In this document: piece after piece, positions 20,057-29,630 of the stretch
Layout: the number at the start of each line of letters is the position of its first letter
Numbering within the stretch: the first letter of the stretch is position 1
DNA from: an uncultured bacterium
Lineage (GTDB): Bacteria; Zixibacteria; MSB-5A5; UBA10806
Length of the DNA stretch: 64,000 nucleotides
NCBI GenBank assembly: GCA_965541585.1
Contig: CBEUCH010000014.1
Coordinates: 12,670 to 76,669, forward strand
Reading direction: 5' to 3'
Position numbers and translations under genes: made by a program
Notes under the pieces: model-generated
Database searches by the model: none
What the model was told of the DNA's origin: nothing
The model's input: only the letters and a program-made list of their open reading frames with translations

Positions 20057-21607
20057 TTGACAATAATGAAAAAACTCAATTCCAGCCTTTTAATATTCAT
20101 TATTTTTCTGCTCTTTTTTCTGGCAGTACAAAATGCCGACCAGCAGGTAGATTCATACTCTTTCGTTCTGGACGCCCGAAATGGAGAGGGTTTATTTCAT
20201 CCACACCACCTGCTTTATAACGTTTTCCGATATGCCCTGTACCAGGCATCGATATCAGTGGACATGGATGCGATGAAAGTCCTGTCTATTGCCAATTCCC
20301 TGTTCGGCGCGCTTTCGTTGGCGTTTATATTTATGATCGTAAGAACTAGAACATCTTCCACTTTAGCCCTGACGGCGTCAGTGGCGGTGGGATTTCTATA
20401 TTCCTTCTGGTATTTTTCAACATCGGTCGAAGTTAACATTACATCGCTGATGTTTTTGTGCCTTGCGCTCTATTATCTGTCTGCCAAACCACCCAATGAA
20501 AAAAACACCATGGCCGTTTTCGCGTTTATAACGGCCGGAATACTCTTCCACCAGCATATGGTATTGGCCGTAATACCTATTCTGCTTTACGAGGCCCACC
20601 GGCATCGATCTTTTGCGCTGGCCGTGAGGTATTCCATGCCGAGCTTTGTGACGGGAGCGCTGATATATCTCATCATAGGAATAATCGAGGCGCCGGATAA
20701 AAGCATCGGAGGCCTGTATAGATGGTTGACGCTATACACCCACTTAGGCCATTGGGGAAAGCTCCGGTGGACAAACTTCCTGACCAGCCTGTGGGGAGTT
20801 GCCAAATCGGTCTTTGGCGGGGACAACCTGAGGCAGGTATTTTACAGTGACAACTTAGCGGTGTCAAACGTGATATACATCGTAGCGGCGGCTCTGTCAT
20901 CTATGGGATTTCTTCTGCTTCTGGTCTCAGCTTTTCGTCATTTTTCGAAAAAGAGGAATTCATTTGAGTGGCTGTTATTGTCACTGGCGGTAATTTTCGT
21001 AGTTTTCGCATTCTGGTGGGCACCCACTGATTCTGGTTTCTGGCTATATCCAGTTGTGCTGTTTCTTCTGTTCATCATCATGGCGGTCAGCGAGAATTAT
21101 CGGATGAAAAGAGTATTATATCTCGCCGTAGTGCTGCTGGTCACGATTAATACCTTCTATGAAATAGTATCGTCATCGGTGGCGAAAAAGTCAATTGCCC
21201 GGCAGGGGGCCGAAGCTTTGAGCAGACTCGAGCTTACCCCGGATGATCTGCTGTTGACCAATCTCGGGCGGATACCTCTAGCGCTCGATTATCACTATGG
21301 GATAAAAGTGCCATCTACCGGCCTGGCCTTTCTGGAAGAGGGTGAAAATGACGAGACCGTCAAAGAATACCACAGGCTGATTGGACAGAATCGAGGAAGA
21401 GTCATCATATTCGAGAATGAGATCAGCCCCGAAGCGCATCGACGCTTCCTGTTCGAGAGGTTTTCGGTGGAAGATTATTCCAACGTATATAGCCGATACA
21501 TTCCTCTTTTAATACCCCTCGATTCCATCGCGGTTTATGGCAAGAAAGTAAAAATATATCAAATCCGCAACAATGTGACTAAGGGTGATGGAATTCTCTC
21601 TCAATAG
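20057..21607 (+). CDS. polytopic membrane protein, possibly a glycosyltransferase-C fold (ArnT/PMT-like) enzyme
   Basis: 516 aa with about 10 or more hydrophobic helices. Embedded in the Kdo/LPS cluster. Confidence 0.4.
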   Translation: MTIMKKLNSSLLIFIIFLLFFLAVQNADQQVDSYSFVLDARNGEGLFHPHHLLYNVFRYALYQASISVDMDAMKVLSIANSLFGALSLAFIFMIVRTRTSSTLALTASVAVGFLYSFWYFSTSVEVNITSLMFLCLALYYLSAKPPNEKNTMAVFAFITAGILFHQHMVLAVIPILLYEAHRHRSFALAVRYSMPSFVTGALIYLIIGIIEAPDKSIGGLYRWLTLYTHLGHWGKLRWTNFLTSLWGVAKSVFGGDNLRQVFYSDNLAVSNVIYIVAAALSSMGFLLLLVSAFRHFSKKRNSFEWLLLSLAVIFVVFAFWWAPTDSGFWLYPVVLFLLFIIMAVSENYRMKRVLYLAVVLLVTINTFYEIVSSSVAKKSIARQGAEALSRLELTPDDLLLTNLGRIPLALDYHYGIKVPSTGLAFLEEGENDETVKEYHRLIGQNRGRVIIFENEISPEAHRRFLFERFSVEDYSNVYSRYIPLLIPLDSIAVYGKKVKIYQIRNNVTKGDGILSQ

Positions 21608-21744
21608 ATTTGCGGCCTGGAGTACCGAGAACGATCGGAATTTCCTTCGGGTAGCAGTAAAATGGCCACCCGAGGGGCAAATCTATCCCGCCACCCCCGC
21701 CTTTTCTATTGACTAAGTGCATCAGTATAAATTAATTCTCTACT

Positions 21745-22278
21745 ATGCGGAAAGCGGTGCATAAGAATCTGAAGTCGAAGCTTAAGAAGATCGAGCTTTT
21801 CGTTTTCGATGTCGATGGCGTTCTCACCGACAACACCGTCTGGATGGGAGGCGACGGTGATGAATACAAGCGGTTCAATATCGCTGACGGTATGGCGGTT
21901 TATATCGCCCGGCGGGCGGGGATACCCACGGCGTTTGTCTCGGGCCGAAAATCTAAAGCCACCACCGCACGGGCACGGGAGTTGAAGATAAAAGACCTTT
22001 TCCAGGAGGCCGGGCCGAAACGGGTGCCGTTTGAAAAGCTTCTGAAGAAATATAAACTGGTTGCCGAACAGGTGGCGTTCATGGGCGATGACGTTATCGA
22101 TGTGGCGGTGATGAGAATGGCCGGCATCGCGGTCACCGTGCCGCATGCACCCTCATATGTCAGAAGATACGCTGATATCGTGACCAAACGGCGGGCCGGT
22201 ATGGGTGCGGCGAGAGAATTGGTGGACATGGTGTTGAAGGCGAAAGGACTGGATCCGGTTGAACTCACTTATAGATAA
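21745..22278 (+). CDS. kdsC: Kdo-8-phosphate phosphatase (HAD family)
   Basis: FVFDVDGVLTD HAD motif I and FMGDDVIDV motif. 177 aa. Confidence 0.8.
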   Translation: MRKAVHKNLKSKLKKIELFVFDVDGVLTDNTVWMGGDGDEYKRFNIADGMAVYIARRAGIPTAFVSGRKSKATTARARELKIKDLFQEAGPKRVPFEKLLKKYKLVAEQVAFMGDDVIDVAVMRMAGIAVTVPHAPSYVRRYADIVTKRRAGMGAARELVDMVLKAKGLDPVELTYR

Positions 22279-23221
22279 GGCCAGAGAGGTTATTCTCAAA
22301 GAGGCCGAGGCCCTGCAGGAAATGGCCGGACGGCTTGACGGGAGTTTCGTCAAGGCTGTTGATCTTCTATTCAAAGCGAAAGGCAGGGTTATAATCGCCG
22401 GCATCGGTAAGTCGGGGCAGGTGGCCAGGAAGATTGCGGCGACGCTCTCGTCCACAGGGACACCGGCGTTTTTCATTCATCCCACCGAAGGTGTTCACGG
22501 CGATATCGGCATGGTGCTGGGTGGTGATGTGGCAATTCTGATCAGCAAATCAGGCGATACCGAGGAGCTTTTAAGGCTTCTGCCTATTTTCAAACGCCTG
22601 GAGGTACCCGCCATAGCGCTTACCGGCAGCAACGGTTCCCCGCTGGCTCAGCAATCCGATGTCGTCCTCGATACGTCTGTAAAGAGTGAAGCCTGCCGCT
22701 TGAATCTGGTTCCGACATCATCGGCCACCGCCGCCCTGGTCATGGGGGATGCTCTGGCTGTAGTGCTGGTGGAATTACGAGGCTTCACGGTCGATGATTT
22801 TTCATTCATTCATCCCGGCGGCGCTTTAGGACGGAAACTCATCAAGGTCGGCGATCTGATGCATACCGGAGATGAACTGCCGATTGTCAGGGATGATGCC
22901 AGTTTCAAGGATATGCTGGTGGCCATGACATCGAGGCGGTTTGGCCTGACGTTGATAGTGAGTGACACCGGAAAACTCATCGGTATTTTCACCGACGGCG
23001 ATCTCCGTCGCACGGTGGAGGCGCATGACAATCCGCTGGATCTGAAGGCCGGTGATATAGCTATTTCAAATCCAAAGAAGATCGGCGCCGATGAACTGGC
23101 GGCTACCGCGGTGGCCATTATGGAGGATCATAACATAACCAGCCTGGTCATTACCGACGGAGATGGTCGGCCGGTGGGATTGATACACCTCCACGATCTT
23201 TTGAAAGCCAAGGTTATCTGA
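22259..23221 (+). CDS. kdsD: arabinose-5-phosphate isomerase (SIS domain plus CBS pair)
   Basis: SIS motif VIIAGIGKSGQVARKIAATL and C-terminal CBS pair. Probable TTG start overlapping kdsC. Confidence 0.85.
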   Translation: MNSLIDKAREVILKEAEALQEMAGRLDGSFVKAVDLLFKAKGRVIIAGIGKSGQVARKIAATLSSTGTPAFFIHPTEGVHGDIGMVLGGDVAILISKSGDTEELLRLLPIFKRLEVPAIALTGSNGSPLAQQSDVVLDTSVKSEACRLNLVPTSSATAALVMGDALAVVLVELRGFTVDDFSFIHPGGALGRKLIKVGDLMHTGDELPIVRDDASFKDMLVAMTSRRFGLTLIVSDTGKLIGIFTDGDLRRTVEAHDNPLDLKAGDIAISNPKKIGADELAATAVAIMEDHNITSLVITDGDGRPVGLIHLHDLLKAKVI

Positions 23222-24174
23222 TGTCGAATCTGCGGCAGATCAAGAATGATATTATATATATATTGATAAGAGCGCTTATATTCTTACTTGAGAATATGCC
23301 TCGCAATGCGGCCCTGAGATTCGCCGGCATGATAGGTGAGATTGCTGCTATGATCGATGTCAGGGAGCGAAAAATAGCCGAGGAAAACCTCCGGCGTATA
23401 TACGGCGGGAAATGGAGCGATACTAAGATTAAGCTTGTAGCCAGAGAATGTTTTGTTAAGATAGCCTTGAACGCCGCGGATGTGATTCAATCGAGGAATT
23501 GGACGCCTGATGATCTTGAGAAGCTGGTTGACGTGGAGGGCATTGAGCATTTTGACAGGGCATTCGAAAGAGGCAAGGGAGTGGTAGCAATAACGGGCCA
23601 TATCGGTAATTTTGAGCTGCTGGCCGCCTGGTTCGCCGCCGTAAAAAAAATCCCCCTCTCGGTTATCGGTAGGAGGCTTTACGATGACAGGCTGGATCAA
23701 CTGGTAGTGCAAAACCGGCAGCGGTTCGGAATAGAGAATATACCGTCGGATGCATCCGCGAAGACGGTTTTCTCGGCTTTGAGGGTGGGCCGGATGCTGG
23801 GCGTGCTTATCGACCTGGACTCCTCGAAAATCGCCGGAGAATTTGTTCCCTTTTTCGGTATTCCCGCCAGGACGGCATCCGGACCGATAGTCATCGGCCG
23901 CAGGACAGCAAGCCCCGTGGTCCCCATGGCCATGTTCCGAACCGAAGACGATCGTTTCAAAATAAAGATCCTGGCATCATTTGATATAGCGCATACCGGG
24001 GATAAAGAGGCCGATGTTCTCGAAGCGCTCAGCAAATGCAATAGAGCGCTGGAGGAACTGATAAATCTCGATCCTACCCAATGGCCCTGGATTCATGACC
24101 GCTGGAAATCAAAACCTTCCGGGGTTAACGGCGTAAAAGAGAAACCGGAGGAGGTAGGATTATCAGCAGGCTGA
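23221..24174 (+). CDS. lpxL: lipid A biosynthesis lauroyl/myristoyl acyltransferase family (LpxL/HtrB-like)
   Basis: 317 aa. HxxxxD-type region (ITGHIGNFELL) and Kdo2-lipid IVA acyltransferase-like length and context. Confidence 0.7.
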   Translation: MSNLRQIKNDIIYILIRALIFLLENMPRNAALRFAGMIGEIAAMIDVRERKIAEENLRRIYGGKWSDTKIKLVARECFVKIALNAADVIQSRNWTPDDLEKLVDVEGIEHFDRAFERGKGVVAITGHIGNFELLAAWFAAVKKIPLSVIGRRLYDDRLDQLVVQNRQRFGIENIPSDASAKTVFSALRVGRMLGVLIDLDSSKIAGEFVPFFGIPARTASGPIVIGRRTASPVVPMAMFRTEDDRFKIKILASFDIAHTGDKEADVLEALSKCNRALEELINLDPTQWPWIHDRWKSKPSGVNGVKEKPEEVGLSAG

Positions 24175-24176
24175 TT

Positions 24177-24746
24177 TTGAATATCTTTCTGGTTCTCACA
24201 ACGGCGGCCGCCTGCAGCAAAACTGAAAGGCAGCCGGAAGAGCCTCTGGATGAAAAAATACCGGATTCGGTTATCCAGAACGCTACAATAGCTTTGACCT
24301 CCGAGGGATTAAAAGAGGCTGTGATTTTCGCTGATACGTTGACTGTTTTCGACCGGGAGGATTCCACGATTGCCGTAGGGGTCAAGGTCGATTTTTACGA
24401 TGAGAACGGCGAATATCAATCTACACTGACCTCGAAAGAGGGTCTGGTAAGGCAGACGAGGCGTGAGTTTTGGGTACGGGGCGACGTTGTTGTCGTCAGC
24501 GATTCATCGCGGCTCGAGACTGAATCGCTGAAGTGGGATCCGGTGCAAAAACTGATTACCACCGATGATTTCGTAAGACTTCACAGGGGAAAAGACATTA
24601 TTACCGGCTACGGAATGGAGGCCGATAGCAGGCTTGAGAATGTGAGAATCCTCCGGGATATTAAAGGCAGCATAACGGATATTCCTCAAAGCGAGGAAGA
24701 GTTGGATGAACTCGAAGGAGACGAGGGCGGGGGGAATCTTCCATGA
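24177..24746 (+). CDS. lptC: LptC/LptA-family (OstA-like) LPS export protein
   Basis: 189 aa with lipoprotein-like leader (..TTAAACS). Directly upstream of and overlapping lptB. Probable TTG start. Confidence 0.5.
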   Translation: MNIFLVLTTAAACSKTERQPEEPLDEKIPDSVIQNATIALTSEGLKEAVIFADTLTVFDREDSTIAVGVKVDFYDENGEYQSTLTSKEGLVRQTRREFWVRGDVVVVSDSSRLETESLKWDPVQKLITTDDFVRLHRGKDIITGYGMEADSRLENVRILRDIKGSITDIPQSEEELDELEGDEGGGNLP

Positions 24747-25501
24747 TGGCCGTAACTGAAGGCGGAAACATTAATTCGTCCCGGCTGAGATCCGAGGAGC
24801 TTCTTAAGATTTACCGAAAGCGCCGCGTTGTCGACGGCGTTTCAATATCGGTTTCTTCGGGGGAGATTGTCGGTCTTTTAGGCCCCAATGGCGCCGGGAA
24901 AACCACAACGTTCTATATGATTACAGGGTTAATCCGTCCCAATGATGGCAAGATTTATATGGACGATGAGGACCTGACCCGGCTCCCGATGTATAAGAGA
25001 TCTCGCAAGGGAATCGGGTATCTGCCGCAGGAACCTTCGATATTCAGAAAGCTGAGCGTCGAGCAAAATATAATGGCCATTCTGGAGACGCTGCCGATCT
25101 CCCGGAGCGAGCGCAAAGGCCGCCTGGAGAAACTGTTAGACGATCTGGACATAAAACCTCTCGCCAGGTCTATGGCCTATAATCTATCAGGTGGCGAGAG
25201 ACGCCGTGTGGAGATCGCCAGGGCGCTGGTGACAGAGCCAAAATTTATGCTGCTGGATGAGCCATTTTCCGGCATCGATCCCATCACCGTCGAGGAGATA
25301 CAGAGGATAATAGCGGGCCTGAAGGAAAAAGGGCTCGGTATTTTGATCACCGATCATAACGTCAGGGAGACTCTATCTATCACCGATCGGGCCTACGTTA
25401 TTTGTGACGGCGAGATTCTCAAAAGCGGCACCTCGGAGTTCCTGGCTAATGATCCCGAGGCCAGGAAAATCTATCTTGGTGAAAAATTCAGGTTGAATTA
25501 G
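24743..25501 (+). CDS. lptB: LPS export ABC transporter ATP-binding protein
   Basis: Walker [10 protein letters not shown], signature [15 protein letters not shown], Walker [11 protein letters not shown]. Confidence 0.9.
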   Translation: MMAVTEGGNINSSRLRSEELLKIYRKRRVVDGVSISVSSGEIVGLLGPNGAGKTTTFYMITGLIRPNDGKIYMDDEDLTRLPMYKRSRKGIGYLPQEPSIFRKLSVEQNIMAILETLPISRSERKGRLEKLLDDLDIKPLARSMAYNLSGGERRRVEIARALVTEPKFMLLDEPFSGIDPITVEEIQRIIAGLKEKGLGILITDHNVRETLSITDRAYVICDGEILKSGTSEFLANDPEARKIYLGEKFRLN

Positions 25502-25619
25502 GGGGGAGTCGTGCCCGGCTGTTACAGTCTTAACCATATAAAGGAAAATTGTGTTGATCCGCTATTTAACGTATTCGCAATTGGTGGCTTAATTTTTCCT
25601 AGATAATTTCGGGAGGGAC

Positions 25620-28600
25620 ATGTTACTAACAGAAAATCAACTTGATGAGTGGGTACGAGCCAATTCGCGCGATGCTCAGGGGGTAATCGTTGAGCTTATA
25701 TGGCGGTTGGTGGTCGGATCTTGTCCCCGTCCTCCCGAGCGGCGATTTCCGCTGGGCGACAGCATCAATCAGCCGGGTCCCGACGGTTTCCTAAATACGG
25801 ATATGGCATATGAGCCTTTTGTACCGTTGGGAAAATCTTTTTGGGAAATCGGTACAGGTTTAAACGCAGCCAGTAAGGCGACTTCGGACTATAACGACCG
25901 TACAGCTGACACACCTGGAGAAATCCGAAAAGAATCTGCGTTTATTTTTGTTACGCCCTTGTCGGCAACACGGGATTGGAAATACACATGGAAGGAAGGA
26001 TCTCAAGCTTCTTGGATTGAGAAACGGGCCAAGAAGAAAGAATGGAAAGAGATTCGTGTGATAGATGGCACCAAACTAATAGATTGGTTGCGACAATTCC
26101 CCGCTGCTGAATTGTGGATGTCGGCCAATATGGGTATTCCTGCAGACGGAATGGAAACGATAGAGCAAAGTTGGGGATTGCTGCGAAACATTGGTGCGCC
26201 TCCTCCATTATTACCTGATGTTTTTCTTGGGAATCGAGATGACGCGTGTGTCAAACTTAAGGAATTTTTTTCACGCACTCAACTGCAACTCAAACTTGAG
26301 TCGCATTTCCCCTATCAGATTGTCCAATTTGTCGCTGCTTACGTGGCGAATATGGAAGACAATTTTCGAGTCGAAATTATCGGCCGCTGCGCGGTAGTCT
26401 CGAATATTAAAGCGTGGAATGCTATTATGGAACTCAAGGACAAGCATTTTTTGGTGGCCGATCCTAGTCTTGATTTAACAAGTGAAGTTGGTATGAAATT
26501 GATAGAGAAAGCTCGCATGGCAGGTCACTTTGTTGTCTACGGTGCAGCACCAGGGGGCATTCCACATCCAAATACCGCCAAAATCCCTAATCCAAGAGAT
26601 TATCAGATTCGAGAAGCCTTGATAAAATCTGGTTATAAAGAGGAGCGAGCACGAACAATTGCCCAGAAAAGCGGCGGGAATCTTGGCTCTTTGCTTCGAT
26701 GCTTACAGAATTTGTCTTTGATGCCAGAATGGGCAGAACGAACCACGGCGGCGGAACTGGCCATTGCCGAAATTCTGGGAAGCTGGGATGAGAGCTCTAA
26801 AGCGGATATAACAGCGGCCGAGAGATTATCGGGAAAAGCATACGGGGAGTGGATCGAGACGATACGTGAAATCATACTTCGTCCGGGCACTCCCCTAATT
26901 CAGAGGGATTCTATTTGGAAGTTTATTGCCCGGTATGAAGGATGGTATGCTTTAGGGCCGCGTCTGTTTGACAAGCATTTAGATTTAATTCTAAAAGAAT
27001 CGGTTAGAATTTTGAAAGAAGCTGATCCTAAATTCGATTTGCCACGTGAAGAACAATTTACTGCCAGTATTCATGGAAAAGTCCTCTCGCATTCGACTGC
27101 GCTGCGAAACGGTCTCGCAGATTGTCTTGCGCTGCTGGGAAGTCACCCTAAAGCTCTCTTATCATGTACTTTAGGCAAACCCGAATCCACTGCCGCGCTT
27201 GCGGTTCGCGGAATTCTATCGGGAACTGATTGGAAATTATGGGCCAGTTTGAATGATCAATTGCCCTTACTTGCTGAGGCATCTCCTGATGAGTTTCTTG
27301 ACGCTGTCGAAAAAGCGTTAAGCAGTGATCCATGTCCATTTGATAAAGTGTTCGAGCAAGAAGGTTCGGGTGTTATGGACTGGAATTATATGACCGGTTT
27401 ACTTTGGGCGTTGGAGACACTGGCTTGGAGCGAGGTATATTTGGCTCGAGCAACTGTAATTTTGGGTGAGCTTGCCGTACGTGATCCCGGAGGAAATTGG
27501 GCAAACCGTCCGTCCAATTCTCTAACGACGATTATGCTCCCGTGGATGCCGCAGACATGTGCTCCCATCGAAAAGAGGATTGGCGCGGTTTCCATATTAA
27601 TTAAAGAAAAACCGGATATAGCATGGAACTTATTATTAAGCCTGCTGCCTAGTTCACATCAAATGTCATCAGGTACAAGAAGACCTGCTTGGCGAGAATT
27701 CATACCTGAAAATTGGCCATCTGCCATAACGCGACAGGAATACGCCGATCAAGTTATTCGTTATACGGATATAGTTATAGAAGCCGCCAAGAATGATCTC
27801 TCAAAACTCGCCCAACTTATCGACAGGATCGAAGATCTGCCATTAGAAGCGCGCAATCGCTTGATTGAACACTTGGACTCCGATTCAATAGCTGATTTGC
27901 CGGAGGAAACCAGACTCAAACTATGGGAAGAACTAATCGATCTTATTAACAAACATAAGAGGCATGCAGATGCTAAATGGGCGATGGAACAAGATCAAAT
28001 TGATGTACTTTCCAATATCGCTGGTCGGCTTGAACCCAGAACCCCGGCCCACCTATACCGACGGTTATTTAGCGAAAGGGATCTTGATTTATATGAAGGG
28101 AAGGGAGATTGGCACAAACAGGCTGAAGACTTGGAAGAACGTCGCCGGAAAGCGGTCGCGCATATATATGAGGAAAACGGCATTGGAACGGTTATTGATT
28201 TTGCTAAAAAGGTTGAATCTCCCTGGCGCGTAGGAATAGCATTGGGAGCTATTTCTCAAGAAGATGCTGATAAGATCATTTTACCTGATTTTATAAATAT
28301 TGATGACAAGACTCTTATTCAATTTACTGCTGGTTTTGTTAGAGGAAAATTCAATTGCTGCGGGTGGTCTTGGGTTGATAAGATTAATACTGCAAATTGG
28401 TCTAATATTCAAATAGGCCAGTTTCTTGCTTATCTACCTTTTGGTCTCGATACATGGAAACGAGCAAAGGATTTTCTCAAAGATGACGAATCTATTTATT
28501 GGAACCAGACCAATGCCAATCCATATGAAACAGATAATAATCTCGATATTGCGGTAAATCGCCTTATTGAATTTGGAAGGCCAGGTGCGGCAATTCGATG

Positions 28601-29417
28601 TTTGCATAAGAATATTCGGGATAAAAACCTCATGATGGATTCTACTCTTGCAATTCGTGCTTTACTAGCATTTCCGAAATCATCGGAGAGGCCTTTGAGT
28701 TCTATGCTATCTCATGAAATTGCGGAAGTGATAAGAGCTTTGCAGGAAGATCCAAATGTGTCAGTAGATGACTTGTTTAGGATCGAATGGATATTCCTAC
28801 GTCTTTTGGATAGAAACACCGGCGGGCCCCCGAGGTTACTTGAAAAAATGCTTTCTGAAAAACCAGAATTTTATTGCGAGGTGATTCGCACGGTTTACCG
28901 GTCAAAAAATGAGGAAGAGACCGTTGAACCGACAGAGCTTCAAAAAAACATGGCAAGCAACGCATATCATTTACTTCACTATTGGAGGAAACCACCGGGC
29001 ATCGTAGAAGATGGTTCTTTTGATGGGGACCGATTAAATAGATGGGTAAAATTCGTTAAAGAGGAATCCGCTAAAACAGGTCATTTTGAGGTTGCCATGC
29101 ATCGGCTCGGCTATGTTCTAATCTATGCACCCCCCGACCCAGACGGATTATGGATTCACAATGCGGCCGCTTCCATCCTAAACGAAAAAGACACAGATAT
29201 GATCCGCGATGGTTTTAGAAATGGGCAATTTAATTCCCGTGGTGTGTATACCGGTACAGGTGGCAAAGAGGAACTAAAGATAGCAGAAAATTACAAATCT
29301 CGAGCAGATGAACTGGAAGCCAAAGGATTTCATCGTCTTGCTGCTACAATAAGGGAATTGGCAAAAGCCTATGAGCATGAATCTGAGCGTGAATCTAGAA
29401 AAGAAGATGATTTTTAA
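25620..29417 (+). CDS. large (1265 aa) orphan protein of unknown function. Compositionally atypical (lower GC, AT-rich third positions). No P-loop or other motif recognised
   Basis: Single uninterrupted 3.8 kb ORF sitting between lptB and rpoN. Codon usage visibly differs from flanking genes. Confidence 0.7.
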   Translation: MLLTENQLDEWVRANSRDAQGVIVELIWRLVVGSCPRPPERRFPLGDSINQPGPDGFLNTDMAYEPFVPLGKSFWEIGTGLNAASKATSDYNDRTADTPGEIRKESAFIFVTPLSATRDWKYTWKEGSQASWIEKRAKKKEWKEIRVIDGTKLIDWLRQFPAAELWMSANMGIPADGMETIEQSWGLLRNIGAPPPLLPDVFLGNRDDACVKLKEFFSRTQLQLKLESHFPYQIVQFVAAYVANMEDNFRVEIIGRCAVVSNIKAWNAIMELKDKHFLVADPSLDLTSEVGMKLIEKARMAGHFVVYGAAPGGIPHPNTAKIPNPRDYQIREALIKSGYKEERARTIAQKSGGNLGSLLRCLQNLSLMPEWAERTTAAELAIAEILGSWDESSKADITAAERLSGKAYGEWIETIREIILRPGTPLIQRDSIWKFIARYEGWYALGPRLFDKHLDLILKESVRILKEADPKFDLPREEQFTASIHGKVLSHSTALRNGLADCLALLGSHPKALLSCTLGKPESTAALAVRGILSGTDWKLWASLNDQLPLLAEASPDEFLDAVEKALSSDPCPFDKVFEQEGSGVMDWNYMTGLLWALETLAWSEVYLARATVILGELAVRDPGGNWANRPSNSLTTIMLPWMPQTCAPIEKRIGAVSILIKEKPDIAWNLLLSLLPSSHQMSSGTRRPAWREFIPENWPSAITRQEYADQVIRYTDIVIEAAKNDLSKLAQLIDRIEDLPLEARNRLIEHLDSDSIADLPEETRLKLWEELIDLINKHKRHADAKWAMEQDQIDVLSNIAGRLEPRTPAHLYRRLFSERDLDLYEGKGDWHKQAEDLEERRRKAVAHIYEENGIGTVIDFAKKVESPWRVGIALGAISQEDADKIILPDFINIDDKTLIQFTAGFVRGKFNCCGWSWVDKINTANWSNIQIGQFLAYLPFGLDTWKRAKDFLKDDESIYWNQTNANPYETDNNLDIAVNRLIEFGRPGAAIRCLHKNIRDKNLMMDSTLAIRALLAFPKSSERPLSSMLSHEIAEVIRALQEDPNVSVDDLFRIEWIFLRLLDRNTGGPPRLLEKMLSEKPEFYCEVIRTVYRSKNEEETVEPTELQKNMASNAYHLLHYWRKPPGIVEDGSFDGDRLNRWVKFVKEESAKTGHFEVAMHRLGYVLIYAPPDPDGLWIHNAAASILNEKDTDMIRDGFRNGQFNSRGVYTGTGGKEELKIAENYKSRADELEAKGFHRLAATIRELAKAYEHESERESRKEDDF

Positions 29418-29630
29418 ACATAGTTGTTAAATTTAACCCCCCCCTATCCGATCCCAAAAAAAATCGTATTATTTTCGCTTTCATTACTAATTTGGACTAA
29501 ATTTTGCTTGCAATTACCGCCTAAACTGATATATTGACTCATAGAAAGAAGAGGCTTTCGTTTAAGTCTAATTCCGGTTATGCCGATAAATAGAGCGGTG
29601 GTGAGGAAGTCTCTGAATTAGGATAAGTCT

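Noticed and set aside
25620-29417. Attempted assignment of the 1265 aa orphan protein as an ATPase, HEPN or HNH nuclease
   Set aside because: No GxxxxGK[ST] P-loop, no Rx4-6H HEPN motif in a plausible context, and no Cys/His HNH pattern was found by eye. Left as unknown.
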